From a virus (lineage: Duplodnaviria; Caudoviricetes), in IMG/VR virus record IMGVR_UViG_3300045921_000410, positions 1-60,232 of that record: a stretch of 60,232 nt of DNA; one strand, given 5' to 3'. A program made the position numbers and the translations under genes. Every line of letters begins with the position of its first letter. Position 1 is the stretch's first letter. Below are positions 27,532 to 35,703 of the stretch, in pieces. The notes under the pieces are model-generated. The model saw only the letters and a program-made list of their open reading frames with translations. It was not told where the DNA came from and made no database searches.

Positions 27532-27912
27532 TTACTCCTGTTTTTTCAAACTATTCCTATTTACAAAAATCTGTTTTTCATAGTCTGGAATGTCCAGTAA
27601 AATACTTTGCGACAAAATGTATTCAATGACCGCATCTAATAAATCAAAATTTTCAGTTATTTTATCTTCAAAAACTTTTATTTCTACTTCAAACTTAAAA
27701 ATTTTTATTTTTTGTTCTTTAACTGAATTTGGATTTTCTATATCAAAGCTACCATCTGATTTTTCATCCCACCGAACACAGTAAACTAATCCATCCGATC
27801 CTTTCGCAAAACAAACAAGCTCGTATGAATTCTCTTGCAAACTATCTTCTTTTCTTCTCAACTGTTTTATGTCGGGAATTTGTAGACTTATATTTTTATA
27901 ATTTAAATTCAT
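27532..27912 (-). CDS. Hypothetical protein
   Basis: ORF in operon. Confidence 0.65.
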   Translation of the reverse strand: MNLNYKNISLQIPDIKQLRRKEDSLQENSYELVCFAKGSDGLVYCVRWDEKSDGSFDIENPNSVKEQKIKIFKFEVEIKVFEDKITENFDLLDAVIEYILSQSILLDIPDYEKQIFVNRNSLKKQE

Positions 27913-28121
27913 TTTTTACCTACTTTTTTATACTTAAATACGGGTTTAGAAGTCTGGGAAAAATTCCAAAAACAATCTAAACCTAACATTTTATACTCAG
28001 TTATTATTCTGTTTCTTTCCTTTCTAAAATCAAAATCGCTTTTAAATTTAGAACTATCTAATGAGTCGATATTTGTTACCGACCCATCCGCATTTAAAAC
28101 ATTTATGTAAATAATCATATT
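27909..28121 (-). CDS. Hypothetical protein
   Basis: Probable start near MIIYINV, just after the upstream stop; start uncertain. Confidence 0.5.
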   Translation of the reverse strand, partial: NMIIYINVLNADGSVTNIDSLDSSKFKSDFDFRKERNRIITEYKMLGLDCFWNFSQTSKPVFKYKKVGKK

Positions 28122-28122
28122 A

Positions 28123-28434
28123 CTATAACCGAGTACGCAATTTTGTATAATTTTCAAAAATCTCAACTAACTGCTCGGCGTAAACATCCATTATTTGTTC
28201 TTTGATTTTTTTCTGTCCACTTTTACGATCAAGATTAAAAAATGTTAAATCGTACATATCGTTTCCGAACATATCGTTTCCATTCAGTACAATTTCTAAA
28301 TACTTAGCAACCCTAGTTATTTTTAGTTTTAATAACAAGCCATTCTCGATTATGACAGAACTCGACCCTGTCATAACTAGAAATCTATCTCCGCCTAACT
28401 GATTAAAAATTGTTTTAGCTACTGTTTTGTTCAT
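28123..28434 (-). CDS. Conserved-looking phage hypothetical protein
   Basis: VAKTIFNQLGGDRFLVMTG...DMYDLTF...DVYAEQLVEIFENYT; partial repeat RBS (AAGGAGATAAAAACGATG). Confidence 0.7.
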   Translation of the reverse strand: MNKTVAKTIFNQLGGDRFLVMTGSSSVIIENGLLLKLKITRVAKYLEIVLNGNDMFGNDMYDLTFFNLDRKSGQKKIKEQIMDVYAEQLVEIFENYTKLRTRL

Positions 28435-28450
28435 CGTTTTTATCTCCTTC

Positions 28451-29131
28451 TTATCTCCCATTCATTTTCTTAACTATGGGGATTATAAAATCTTTATACT
28501 CTTTGCAGAATCTTAAAGCTTTCGAATCTATTTCTGAAATTCTTTCATCGCTGAAAGATTCCCACTCTTCTATCGAGTGTTGTTCGCATCCGATTGCTAA
28601 CTGGTCTTTTGTGAATGCAATATGCCATTTAAGACCAATTATGTTTTTTATGTATATCCCATCTCCTACACAAAGAAATATCTTAGCACCTCGAAAATCA
28701 GCGTTTTCGAGATTAGCATTTCTAAAATCAGCATTCATAAGATTTGCATTTGTAAAATTAGTAAATCTTAAATCGGCATCTCTGAAATTAGCATCGTTAA
28801 GATTATTGTCTCTGAAATCAGAATATCTTAAATTAGCATATGCAAAATTAACACTCGCCAAATATGCATTTCTAAAATCAGCATCCATAAGATTTGCACA
28901 AGTGAAATCAGCATTTCTAAAATCAGCATCTCTAAAATCAGCATCTCTTAAATCAGCATCTCTTAAATCAGCCGATTTGAAATCAGCATTTCTAAAATCA
29001 GCATCTCTGAAATCGACATTTCTTAAATCAGCGTCTTTAAAATCAGCTCTCTCACCACCATCTATGCCCTCTAACCATAATTTATGTTTTTCCAAAATTG
29101 TTTCTATCTCAGTTTTACTTAGTTTTTTCAT
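28451..29131 (-). CDS. Pentapeptide-repeat protein with C-terminal DUF5758-like domain
   Basis: About 24 A(D/N)(F/L)xx repeats; ILEKHKLWL...GERAD N terminus; IGCEQH..EEW C terminus. Confidence 0.9.
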   Translation of the reverse strand: MKKLSKTEIETILEKHKLWLEGIDGGERADFKDADLRNVDFRDADFRNADFKSADLRDADLRDADFRDADFRNADFTCANLMDADFRNAYLASVNFAYANLRYSDFRDNNLNDANFRDADLRFTNFTNANLMNADFRNANLENADFRGAKIFLCVGDGIYIKNIIGLKWHIAFTKDQLAIGCEQHSIEEWESFSDERISEIDSKALRFCKEYKDFIIPIVKKMNGR

Positions 29132-29151
29132 TCTTTTATACCTCATTTTTT

Positions 29152-29209
29152 TAGAAAAGCTTACTTTTCTATCCTTACGGGCTAGCTATCTAACCCGCAA
29201 GGTAGAAAA
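29152..29209 (-). promoter_or_regulatory. Long intergenic hairpin with a competing short hairpin
   Basis: UUUUCUA-CCUUGCGGGUUAG(AUAG)CUAGCCCGUAAGG-A-UAGAAAA; alternative UAGAAAAG(UAAG)CUUUUCUA. Confidence 0.5.
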
Positions 29210-29789
29210 ACAAACTACCTGTCGATCCACCGACAAGTGTTTCTTTTAGATTTTTTGCGTCTTTATAGGTAACGTTTAAATCAATTCTTAATTCTTGGAT
29301 AGTTGGAAGATCGGAGACTGTTTCATAGTTGTCCTTGTAAAAATGTAATGTTTCTCCATTATCTCCGTTCTCGTCATCTAGCCAAACCATAATGTTTGAT
29401 TTGTAAATTTTGATTATACTGATTTTCCTTTTTTGTTTTTCTTTTCTAAGTTTAAGATCGGCATCCTTGAGATTCGCATTATTAAGCACGTTAGGTGCTA
29501 TTTTAGCATTCCCAGGGGTTTGTCCAACTTTTGTTGTATTTTTTTTAATCAAAGCTTTGATTCGGCTTTTTGTTTCTGTGCTTACTTGATCCCAGGGTAA
29601 ATTTTTTGTTTTGAAAATTCCATACCCATCCCCGTTGTCTATAACAATATAATGTGTGCCTTGCTCTTTGTATACTAACAAACCGCCATAATCCAAGGAT
29701 TCGACACAGCAATTTTCGTAATTTTCTGGGTCAAATTCTTCGTAACTTATTACTTCTTGTCTTTTTTCTAACTCTTTAAGTGTTCTCAT
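29190..29789 (-). CDS. Hypothetical protein (first island cassette)
   Basis: Behind repeat copy 7; carries a pentapeptide remnant NANLKDADLK. Confidence 0.7.
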   Translation of the reverse strand: MRTLKELEKRQEVISYEEFDPENYENCCVESLDYGGLLVYKEQGTHYIVIDNGDGYGIFKTKNLPWDQVSTETKSRIKALIKKNTTKVGQTPGNAKIAPNVLNNANLKDADLKLRKEKQKRKISIIKIYKSNIMVWLDDENGDNGETLHFYKDNYETVSDLPTIQELRIDLNVTYKDAKNLKETLVGGSTGSLFFYLAG

Positions 29790-29841
29790 CGTTATTTACC
29801 TCTTTCATTAATGTAAGTAAATTAAAACAAAAAAGTGTCGC
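29787..29841 (-). promoter_or_regulatory. Island promoter/RBS repeat copy 7
   Basis: GCGACA-N16-TACTT...GAAAGAGGTAAATAACGATG. Confidence 0.8.
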
Positions 29842-30268
29842 CATTTCGAAAAATTTCTGACCAAATAAACCTAATTTTTAAAGCTTGTGCAAGCTCTGAG
29901 TCTACAACTCTATCACCAATTACTATAGAATTTTTATAGTCAATAATCACAAAATTATAAAATAAATCTCTTTCTGCTAAAGCAATCATACCTATCCCTG
30001 GTTTACGTATAATTGACTTTATATCTTGCGGATAAAAACAATAATAAATAGAATAAAAAGGATTACGAATAAACATGTTTTCTAATTTGAATTGGCTATT
30101 ACATAAACCAACAACTTCATAATTAGCGTCTTTATATTTCCAAATTTTATCTTCAATTCCAGGATATAATTTATAATCATATTTATTTTCTGGGAAAGCT
30201 TTACCCGATGCAGTTTGTCTAACCGTACTATCTATATCAATAAATAAAACAGGTTTAACTTCGTACAT
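29822..30268 (-). CDS. HAD-IIIA phosphatase (PNK 3'-phosphatase/GmhB-like)
   Basis: LFIDIDSTV, RKPGIGM and IGDRVVD motifs. Confidence 0.8.
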   Translation of the reverse strand: MYEVKPVLFIDIDSTVRQTASGKAFPENKYDYKLYPGIEDKIWKYKDANYEVVGLCNSQFKLENMFIRNPFYSIYYCFYPQDIKSIIRKPGIGMIALAERDLFYNFVIIDYKNSIVIGDRVVDSELAQALKIRFIWSEIFRNGDTFLF

Positions 30269-30273
30269 TTTTT

Positions 30274-30453
30274 TTATCTCTTATTAGCAATAAACCACAT
30301 AGCGTACAGAATGTTAGCTATAACAATTAACCAGATAAAAATAAATCTCATAACCGGGTGCCAATTTAAAAAATTAAAACTTAAATAAACAAAAGAAAAC
30401 ATAAAGTACAAAACAGTAACTACTATTGAATTGTAAATACCAAAAATTCTCAT
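30274..30453 (-). CDS. Small two-TM membrane protein (not in ORF track)
   Basis: 59-aa hydrophobic ORF MRIFGIYNSIVV..., ATGA-coupled to the upstream gene. Confidence 0.55.
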   Translation of the reverse strand: MRIFGIYNSIVVTVLYFMFSFVYLSFNFLNWHPVMRFIFIWLIVIANILYAMWFIANKR

Positions 30454-30704
30454 AACATAACCTCAAATATACTCATAAAATTGTCATCTTTGTAAACACT
30501 AAAATTTACACCATCGTAAACAATCCAATCACCAATATTTACTAATTGATTATATTTTGAACGCCGCAAAAATATATGTAAATTATTTGATTCCAATTTA
30601 ACTGAAAAATCTTTCTTCAACCAATTAACAATAATATCAAATTTATCAAAGCTATCAAAACAAACCGCCTCATACTCTTTTTTGATTTTACACTTGTGGA
30701 TCAT
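30450..30704 (-). CDS. Hypothetical phage protein
   Basis: YEAVCFD...VNIGDWIV...FSVYKDDNF..IFE pattern. Confidence 0.65.
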   Translation of the reverse strand: MIHKCKIKKEYEAVCFDSFDKFDIIVNWLKKDFSVKLESNNLHIFLRRSKYNQLVNIGDWIVYDGVNFSVYKDDNFMSIFEVML

Positions 30705-30936
30705 GTTTAATTTTTCTCCGCTTTGCGTTATACTCTTTGATTTTATGTTTATTATTTTGTAACCAATTAACGTTAGTTTTATTTTGACATTCTTTACAAC
30801 TGCTTTTTAATTTTAAAAAACTAGTCCTATGTTTATCTTGGGAAAACTCACTAAACTTTTTCCACTGGGAACACTTTGAACATACAATCATTGGCTCTCC
30901 GTGCTCATTAAACTTAATTATTCTTGGGTGTGCCAT
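30688..30936 (-). CDS. Zinc-finger protein (HNH-associated N-terminal domain only)
   Basis: CSKC..WKKFSEF...SSCKEC. Confidence 0.65.
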   Translation of the reverse strand: MAHPRIIKFNEHGEPMIVCSKCSQWKKFSEFSQDKHRTSFLKLKSSCKECQNKTNVNWLQNNKHKIKEYNAKRRKIKHDPQV

Positions 30937-30954
30937 GCCTGATCTGTTGCCTGA

Positions 30955-31287
30955 TTAATTTTTTTTGAATTTATGGGAAAGGTAAAGCGTTAGATGCCAA
31001 TCCAGATCTAAATTTAATCGATACGACAAAATAAAAGAATGAACGATTAACTCTGCAATCTTATCTTGAATTGATCCTTGTATATTATTTATGTAATATT
31101 CTTTTGGTTGTAAAGACTTTTCATATTCTTCAAAATCAGTAAGACTTGTCCAATTCCGATCTTTTGATATATCCATTCTTCTTAAATCGATTAAGATTTT
31201 CTCTAAACTATAAATATCTTTTTTAAAATCATTCAAACTCCGATCTAAACCACTTGATTCGATATAACTTATAATTTCCTTAACCAT
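30955..31287 (-). CDS. Hypothetical protein, possibly MazG-like
   Basis: SIQDKIAELIVH...LNLDLDWH pattern; probable start MVKEII. Confidence 0.4.
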   Translation of the reverse strand: MVKEIISYIESSGLDRSLNDFKKDIYSLEKILIDLRRMDISKDRNWTSLTDFEEYEKSLQPKEYYINNIQGSIQDKIAELIVHSFILSYRLNLDLDWHLTLYLSHKFKKN

Positions 31288-31486
31288 TGTTATCCCCCAT
31301 ATAAATACTTTTTTCCGCATCCGGATCATTTTCAAAAATCAACGAATCTGCTTTGACTTGATATATTAATCGATTTAATTCTACTACTGCCATTAATTCC
31401 TCATTCTTTTGATCGTAATAAAATCTATGAAAATACACTAGGTAAGACTCCGATGACGTTTCCGAAACGATTTTAGCTCGACGCAT
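31280..31486 (-). CDS. Hypothetical protein
   Basis: ORF behind a TTGACA element. Confidence 0.55.
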   Translation of the reverse strand: MRRAKIVSETSSESYLVYFHRFYYDQKNEELMAVVELNRLIYQVKADSLIFENDPDAEKSIYMGDNNG

Positions 31487-31496
31487 ATAAATATCA

Positions 31497-31524
31497 AAAA
31501 TAAACCATCATATATTTTTGTCAA
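31497..31524 (-). promoter_or_regulatory. TTGACAAAAA-type putative promoter (also at about 48144, 51356 and 57777)
   Basis: Perfect -35 hexamer plus AAAA at four gene boundaries; -10 boxes are weak. Confidence 0.5.
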
Positions 31525-31534
31525 ACAATTTTAC

Positions 31535-31570
31535 AAAAAAAAGCACGAAAAGAATTTACTCTTCCCGTGC
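31535..31570 (-). terminator. Intrinsic terminator after holin
   Basis: GCACGGGAAGA/TCTTTTCGTGC stem plus T8 on the minus strand. Confidence 0.75.
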
Positions 31571-31596
31571 CAAAGTTTTAAATTCAGGAGACCGAT

Positions 31597-31920
31597 TTAA
31601 GATTTTATTTGTTTATATACTTGAACGGCAAATTCTACACCGTCTCGAATAAACTGGTAGGTAAGCATTATTACGCCACCTCCCGAAAATAATCCAGTAA
31701 GTGTAATATCGTTGTAACCAATCGAAACACCCGGGTAATAATGAGCTGAGACAAAACCAAGACCAAGCATTAAAAACGAAATTAAGTATCTAAGTAAATT
31801 TGAACTCCGAGTGATAGAGTGATCGACAAACTCTAAGCTTGTTTTTAACAATTCCTTAGCTTGTTCGGAATTTGGATCAAGATTTATTAATTCTTTGGCT
31901 GTATATTTTTTACGACTCAT
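31597..31920 (-). CDS. Putative holin
   Basis: Two hydrophobic segments; ATGA-coupled to the peptidase gene. Confidence 0.55.
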   Translation of the reverse strand: MSRKKYTAKELINLDPNSEQAKELLKTSLEFVDHSITRSSNLLRYLISFLMLGLGFVSAHYYPGVSIGYNDITLTGLFSGGGVIMLTYQFIRDGVEFAVQVYKQIKS

Positions 31921-32543
31921 TTGAAACATTCCTCTTTTATGATATAAGAATAAGAAGTATATCTATGCTTGCGACCGTTTCTTTCGTACTCAAAACCATT
32001 AACAAGCATTTTTTTTAAAAAATCATCGGTAACTCTTACAAGCTCTCCATTATGATTTCCATAATTTGTATTTGGATCACCATAAGGGTCTTGTAATATT
32101 AAAGTTTTTGGAATTGAATTACTACCACCAACAACCGGGGATATATGGGAAGTGGCATTTCTTAATAAGTGTCCAATCCAAAATCCAACGACAACAGGTG
32201 CTTTATATTTTTGTATATAATCTCTAATTTGCTGATTACTAAACGTAACTCGTTCAAATTCTAATCGACCTTGAAAAACAAAATTTAAGTATCTTATATG
32301 CAACAAACCATGAAATCTATCTTCCCCTGGTTTTCTCAAATTAACTTTTTCAATATTGTGCAAATAACTGTAAGCTGTTATTCTATCAAAAGCACGATCG
32401 TTTAAAATTTGCCCCGCATATCTAGCCAAATGAGCAAAACTTTCAATCATACACTGATTATTTCTATTTGGTGTTTGATCTAAATTAAAATTGTCTCTTT
32501 GTGTTTCGTACGGTACTAGTGGATCGGTAAAAAACTCGCTCAT
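31917..32543 (-). CDS. Peptidase C39-like protein, candidate endolysin
   Basis: PYETQRDN...NQC...HISPVVG...LILQDPYG (Cys-His-Asp, papain-like). Confidence 0.7.
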   Translation of the reverse strand: MSEFFTDPLVPYETQRDNFNLDQTPNRNNQCMIESFAHLARYAGQILNDRAFDRITAYSYLHNIEKVNLRKPGEDRFHGLLHIRYLNFVFQGRLEFERVTFSNQQIRDYIQKYKAPVVVGFWIGHLLRNATSHISPVVGGSNSIPKTLILQDPYGDPNTNYGNHNGELVRVTDDFLKKMLVNGFEYERNGRKHRYTSYSYIIKEECFK

Positions 32544-32573
32544 ACGATTAGATTAACCAAGCATAAATGAAAA

Positions 32574-32861
32574 TCAATCTAATTTTATGAGTCTTTTTGT
32601 ATATTTTTGAATATTTGGTAAAATTTTTTGACTAACTGGAAACGATACCACGGCACAGAATACGATAGTTTTTACTCCAACGGAAGGATCAAATATAAAC
32701 CCGGACGTTATTATTTCACCATTTAAAGAATCAAGCTCCGCCAAAAAATCGTTTAACGGAACACTACTAACTTTATTATTATCTAGCTCAAAAACTGGAA
32801 CGTATATTTCACCGTTTTGGAATTGCTCACCACGGATATATAATTTAACTGATTTATGCAT
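32574..32861 (-). CDS. Hypothetical protein
   Basis: Probable start MHKSVK. Confidence 0.55.
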   Translation of the reverse strand: MHKSVKLYIRGEQFQNGEIYVPVFELDNNKVSSVPLNDFLAELDSLNGEIITSGFIFDPSVGVKTIVFCAVVSFPVSQKILPNIQKYTKRLIKLD

Positions 32862-33105
32862 AAATGGGCACCTTAATATAATTGCCTTTAACAGTAACTT
32901 TAATAATTTTATCATTTTCCAAAACTATCGGAACTAATGTACTATCCGAGTGCAACTGGATCAACGGTAAATCGATACAAGCTGTACCATCTTCCAGCAA
33001 TACATAATTATTGGCAAACAAAACTTGAACATAAGCTCCATGAGAATTTTTCGACATTACAATATATTTATGCCCGGTCTCATCTACTGCCTCTTCAATA
33101 ATCAT
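32854..33105 (-). CDS. Hypothetical protein
   Basis: ORF immediately after portal. Confidence 0.6.
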   Translation of the reverse strand: MIIEEAVDETGHKYIVMSKNSHGAYVQVLFANNYVLLEDGTACIDLPLIQLHSDSTLVPIVLENDKIIKVTVKGNYIKVPIYA

Positions 33106-34761
33106 TTAAATCAAAGTCCTCACCTTCGGTTTTTCTGCTTTAAATAAATCATCAAAATTAAAATCATCATCTAAATTCGGTGCCTGTTCTGTTTCCTGTT
33201 CTGTTTGCATTTGTTTTTCTTGTCTAATTGATTGCAAATTTTGCAAAAAAGTAGGATCTAAAATAATATCACCACCCTCAATCGGATCGTAATCATTTTG
33301 TTTACGAATATCATTAACAGTTCTATATATTTTAACTTCTTTACCTTCTCGATCTAATTTTTGAGAAGAGTCTTCATCTCGGATTCCCGTAAATCGCAAT
33401 CGATACTTATTAATTCCAAACTTAATAAATATTGATTCCATATTTTGTTCAAAGATAGTCAACGTATCAATTAAACCACGGTCACGAGAATGTTTTTGCT
33501 TACCTTCTTGATTTTCATTTAAAACATTTTGTGCCTGAGCATATCTTAATCCAAGCTCAGAACTATCCGTATTAAAAACTGCTAGTATTAGACTACCAAC
33601 AAACTCAGTATAGTCCATGTACTCCATATCACGATTATTCTTTAACAAGTCTAAAACTTCAACCGCACCCGACAAAATAGGAATACGCCAAACACCGTTT
33701 AAACCCTTAAAATTAGCAAGCCACTGATCTTGCATTAACTGTAGCTGTTCAGTAGAGAATGATTTATCTTTGTAATTTAATGCTATTTTAGGAATAGTTC
33801 CATTGTCGAATGATTCCATATTATACGCTAGAGCAAACAGAAAAGCTGTAATAACATGCACAGATTGTTCAGTTTTCGAGTAACCGTAATGATACTTTAA
33901 AACATCAGTTCGTTTTCTTGAAATTTGTAAATGCAAGTCCCTATAGGTATATCCAGCTACTATTTGTCCCACAATTTCTTGCACATAAGCAATATCATTA
34001 ATTTCTGGAATTGCACGAATTCTAGCATCCATCAACTTTTTATCTAAATTATTTTGTGGAAAATAATTGTATCGAGGATCAATATCACTTTTTATACCAT
34101 TCAAACCGCCATACACTACTTTTTTGATTGTTGCCCCATCTACTGCAAAAAACGAAACCGGATTTCCGGATCGATCATACTGTAACTCGGTAGCCATTTG
34201 ATCAATACAAAATAAATCATCGACTAAACGAACACAATAATCTGGAAATAAATCTTCCCGCATTTCAGAGCCTTTAAAATCTCTTCTTCCAGTATTATAT
34301 ACCCATTCAGTCAATCGTTGCATCTCTTCTCTTTCAGCGTGAGTAACTCTTGACAATTTATCTTTTTTCTCAATCACAAAACCCGGTGACTCACCTTTGG
34401 GGTCTGGGGAAGGCTGAGTGAACTGTCTAATTTGTGCAACTCTAAGATTGACTACTGCCGAAATTAATGGATTTTTATTTTGACAATCTCTTAACAGAGA
34501 AAAAGGAACAGAACCAATTCGCTCGATCACCCCACGACTGTTAAACTGTACATCTTTAGCATACGTTTGAGATTTTGGAACTTCTACGTTCTCTGCTCCG
34601 GACATACTATTTAATTTAGCAACTACACCCGATTTTAGTAAAAAATCTTCCGGAGTCATTCCTAAAAATTTTGCCGACGCATGTATATCGGCGTTAGTCG
34701 AATTTGGCTGAAATAAAAAAGGTTTTGGAATTTCTTCGCTAAATTGATCCCAGGTTGCCAC
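33106..34761 (-). CDS. Portal protein
   Basis: FFAVDGATIK, YGYS..E, F.NGTIPK..L, NRDMEYM.Y, TVNDIRKQNDYDPIEGGD. Confidence 0.92.
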   Translation of the reverse strand: MATWDQFSEEIPKPFLFQPNSTNADIHASAKFLGMTPEDFLLKSGVVAKLNSMSGAENVEVPKSQTYAKDVQFNSRGVIERIGSVPFSLLRDCQNKNPLISAVVNLRVAQIRQFTQPSPDPKGESPGFVIEKKDKLSRVTHAEREEMQRLTEWVYNTGRRDFKGSEMREDLFPDYCVRLVDDLFCIDQMATELQYDRSGNPVSFFAVDGATIKKVVYGGLNGIKSDIDPRYNYFPQNNLDKKLMDARIRAIPEINDIAYVQEIVGQIVAGYTYRDLHLQISRKRTDVLKYHYGYSKTEQSVHVITAFLFALAYNMESFDNGTIPKIALNYKDKSFSTEQLQLMQDQWLANFKGLNGVWRIPILSGAVEVLDLLKNNRDMEYMDYTEFVGSLILAVFNTDSSELGLRYAQAQNVLNENQEGKQKHSRDRGLIDTLTIFEQNMESIFIKFGINKYRLRFTGIRDEDSSQKLDREGKEVKIYRTVNDIRKQNDYDPIEGGDIILDPTFLQNLQSIRQEKQMQTEQETEQAPNLDDDFNFDDLFKAEKPKVRTLI

Positions 34762-34764
34762 TTA

Positions 34765-34920
34765 CTATACTCCCTTTCTCGGCAAACTTGAAATAACTTT
34801 ATCGGAGTTACTTCTAGGTTTTGAGAAAATTATATACTTAGAGATTAATTTAACACTAAAACAACCCGCTAAAAAACCAAGTACAAAACTAACAATTAAT
34901 AAAAATAAAAAACTAGACAT
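34765..34920 (-). CDS. Small membrane protein or lipoprotein (not in ORF track)
   Basis: MSSFLFLLIVSFVLGFLAGC..., 51 aa with an LAGC lipobox-like motif. Confidence 0.5.
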   Translation of the reverse strand: MSSFLFLLIVSFVLGFLAGCFSVKLISKYIIFSKPRSNSDKVISSLPRKGV

Positions 34921-35200
34921 TTAGATACCTCGACATTAATTTTTTATGATATTCAATAAAAGACTCGTAACCAATTATTTTATTTTCAAGTGACCGTCTA
35001 TCGCCCTCTTGCTTAATAGTTTTTAATTCTTTTTTAGTATCTTGTATTTTTATCTCTAAATCTAATATAGCATCCTGATTCAACTTAACCACTAAACTAT
35101 TTATTCGATCTATATAATCAATAAGCTTATTTCGTTCCGCTTCTTTTTTTAAAACGGCAACTTTAATTCTTCTTAACAATAACTTAGTTTTTTTGCCCAT
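34913..35200 (-). CDS. Hypothetical coiled-coil protein
   Basis: ORF in operon. Confidence 0.6.
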   Translation of the reverse strand: MGKKTKLLLRRIKVAVLKKEAERNKLIDYIDRINSLVVKLNQDAILDLEIKIQDTKKELKTIKQEGDRRSLENKIIGYESFIEYHKKLMSRYLNV

Positions 35201-35428
35201 TTAAAAAATTCCTTTTTCATTTTTAAGCCATTCCCAGAATTTTAAGTCATTAATATAGTATCCTTCTTTATACTTATTAATTTTTTTATCTCTGTAAGCA
35301 TTAGAAACAACTCTTCTTAATTTTGAATAATTTGGATATTTTGTTTTAAGCTGATCGTGGATTTCTTCAACTGAAATAAGCTGAGAATCTGGAATATACT
35401 TATCGCAAGTTCTAGAATCATAAATCAT
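35201..35428 (-). CDS. Hypothetical protein, possible HTH
   Basis: ORF in operon. Confidence 0.55.
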   Translation of the reverse strand: MIYDSRTCDKYIPDSQLISVEEIHDQLKTKYPNYSKLRRVVSNAYRDKKINKYKEGYYINDLKFWEWLKNEKGIF

Positions 35429-35703
35429 AATAGAGACAAACTACTTTGGTCTGTATAAACGTCAAACAATTTTTTAATCTTATTTTTATCTGTTTCTGTA
35501 AATTTAGAAACTAAATCTTTACTTTGGTTGTAAATAATTATTTGGCATGTTTCCATTTCTCCATCTTTACTTACTGGAAAAATTAACTCAGCTAAACTGT
35601 TAGGCTTACTAATATCGAAATATTTGGCACTTAATTGCACAACGTAACAACCTATCGCTTTTACCGATTTCTTCCTATTTTTTATGAATTTAATTTTGCT
35701 CAT
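35425..35703 (-). CDS. Hypothetical protein
   Basis: ATGA-coupled to the TerL gene. Confidence 0.6.
   Translation of the reverse strand: MSKIKFIKNRKKSVKAIGCYVVQLSAKYFDISKPNSLAELIFPVSKDGEMETCQIIIYNQSKDLVSKFTETDKNKIKKLFDVYTDQSSLSLL

Noticed and set aside
28476-29249. 257-aa plus-strand ORF
   Set aside because: Antisense shadow of the pentapeptide repeat (LKSAS units)
22705-29841. Dispersed repeats as a CRISPR array or integron attC sites
   Set aside because: Spacing is 0.4-2.7 kb and holds whole genes; repeats are non-palindromic and contain an RBS and ATG; no cas or integrase gene is seen in the window
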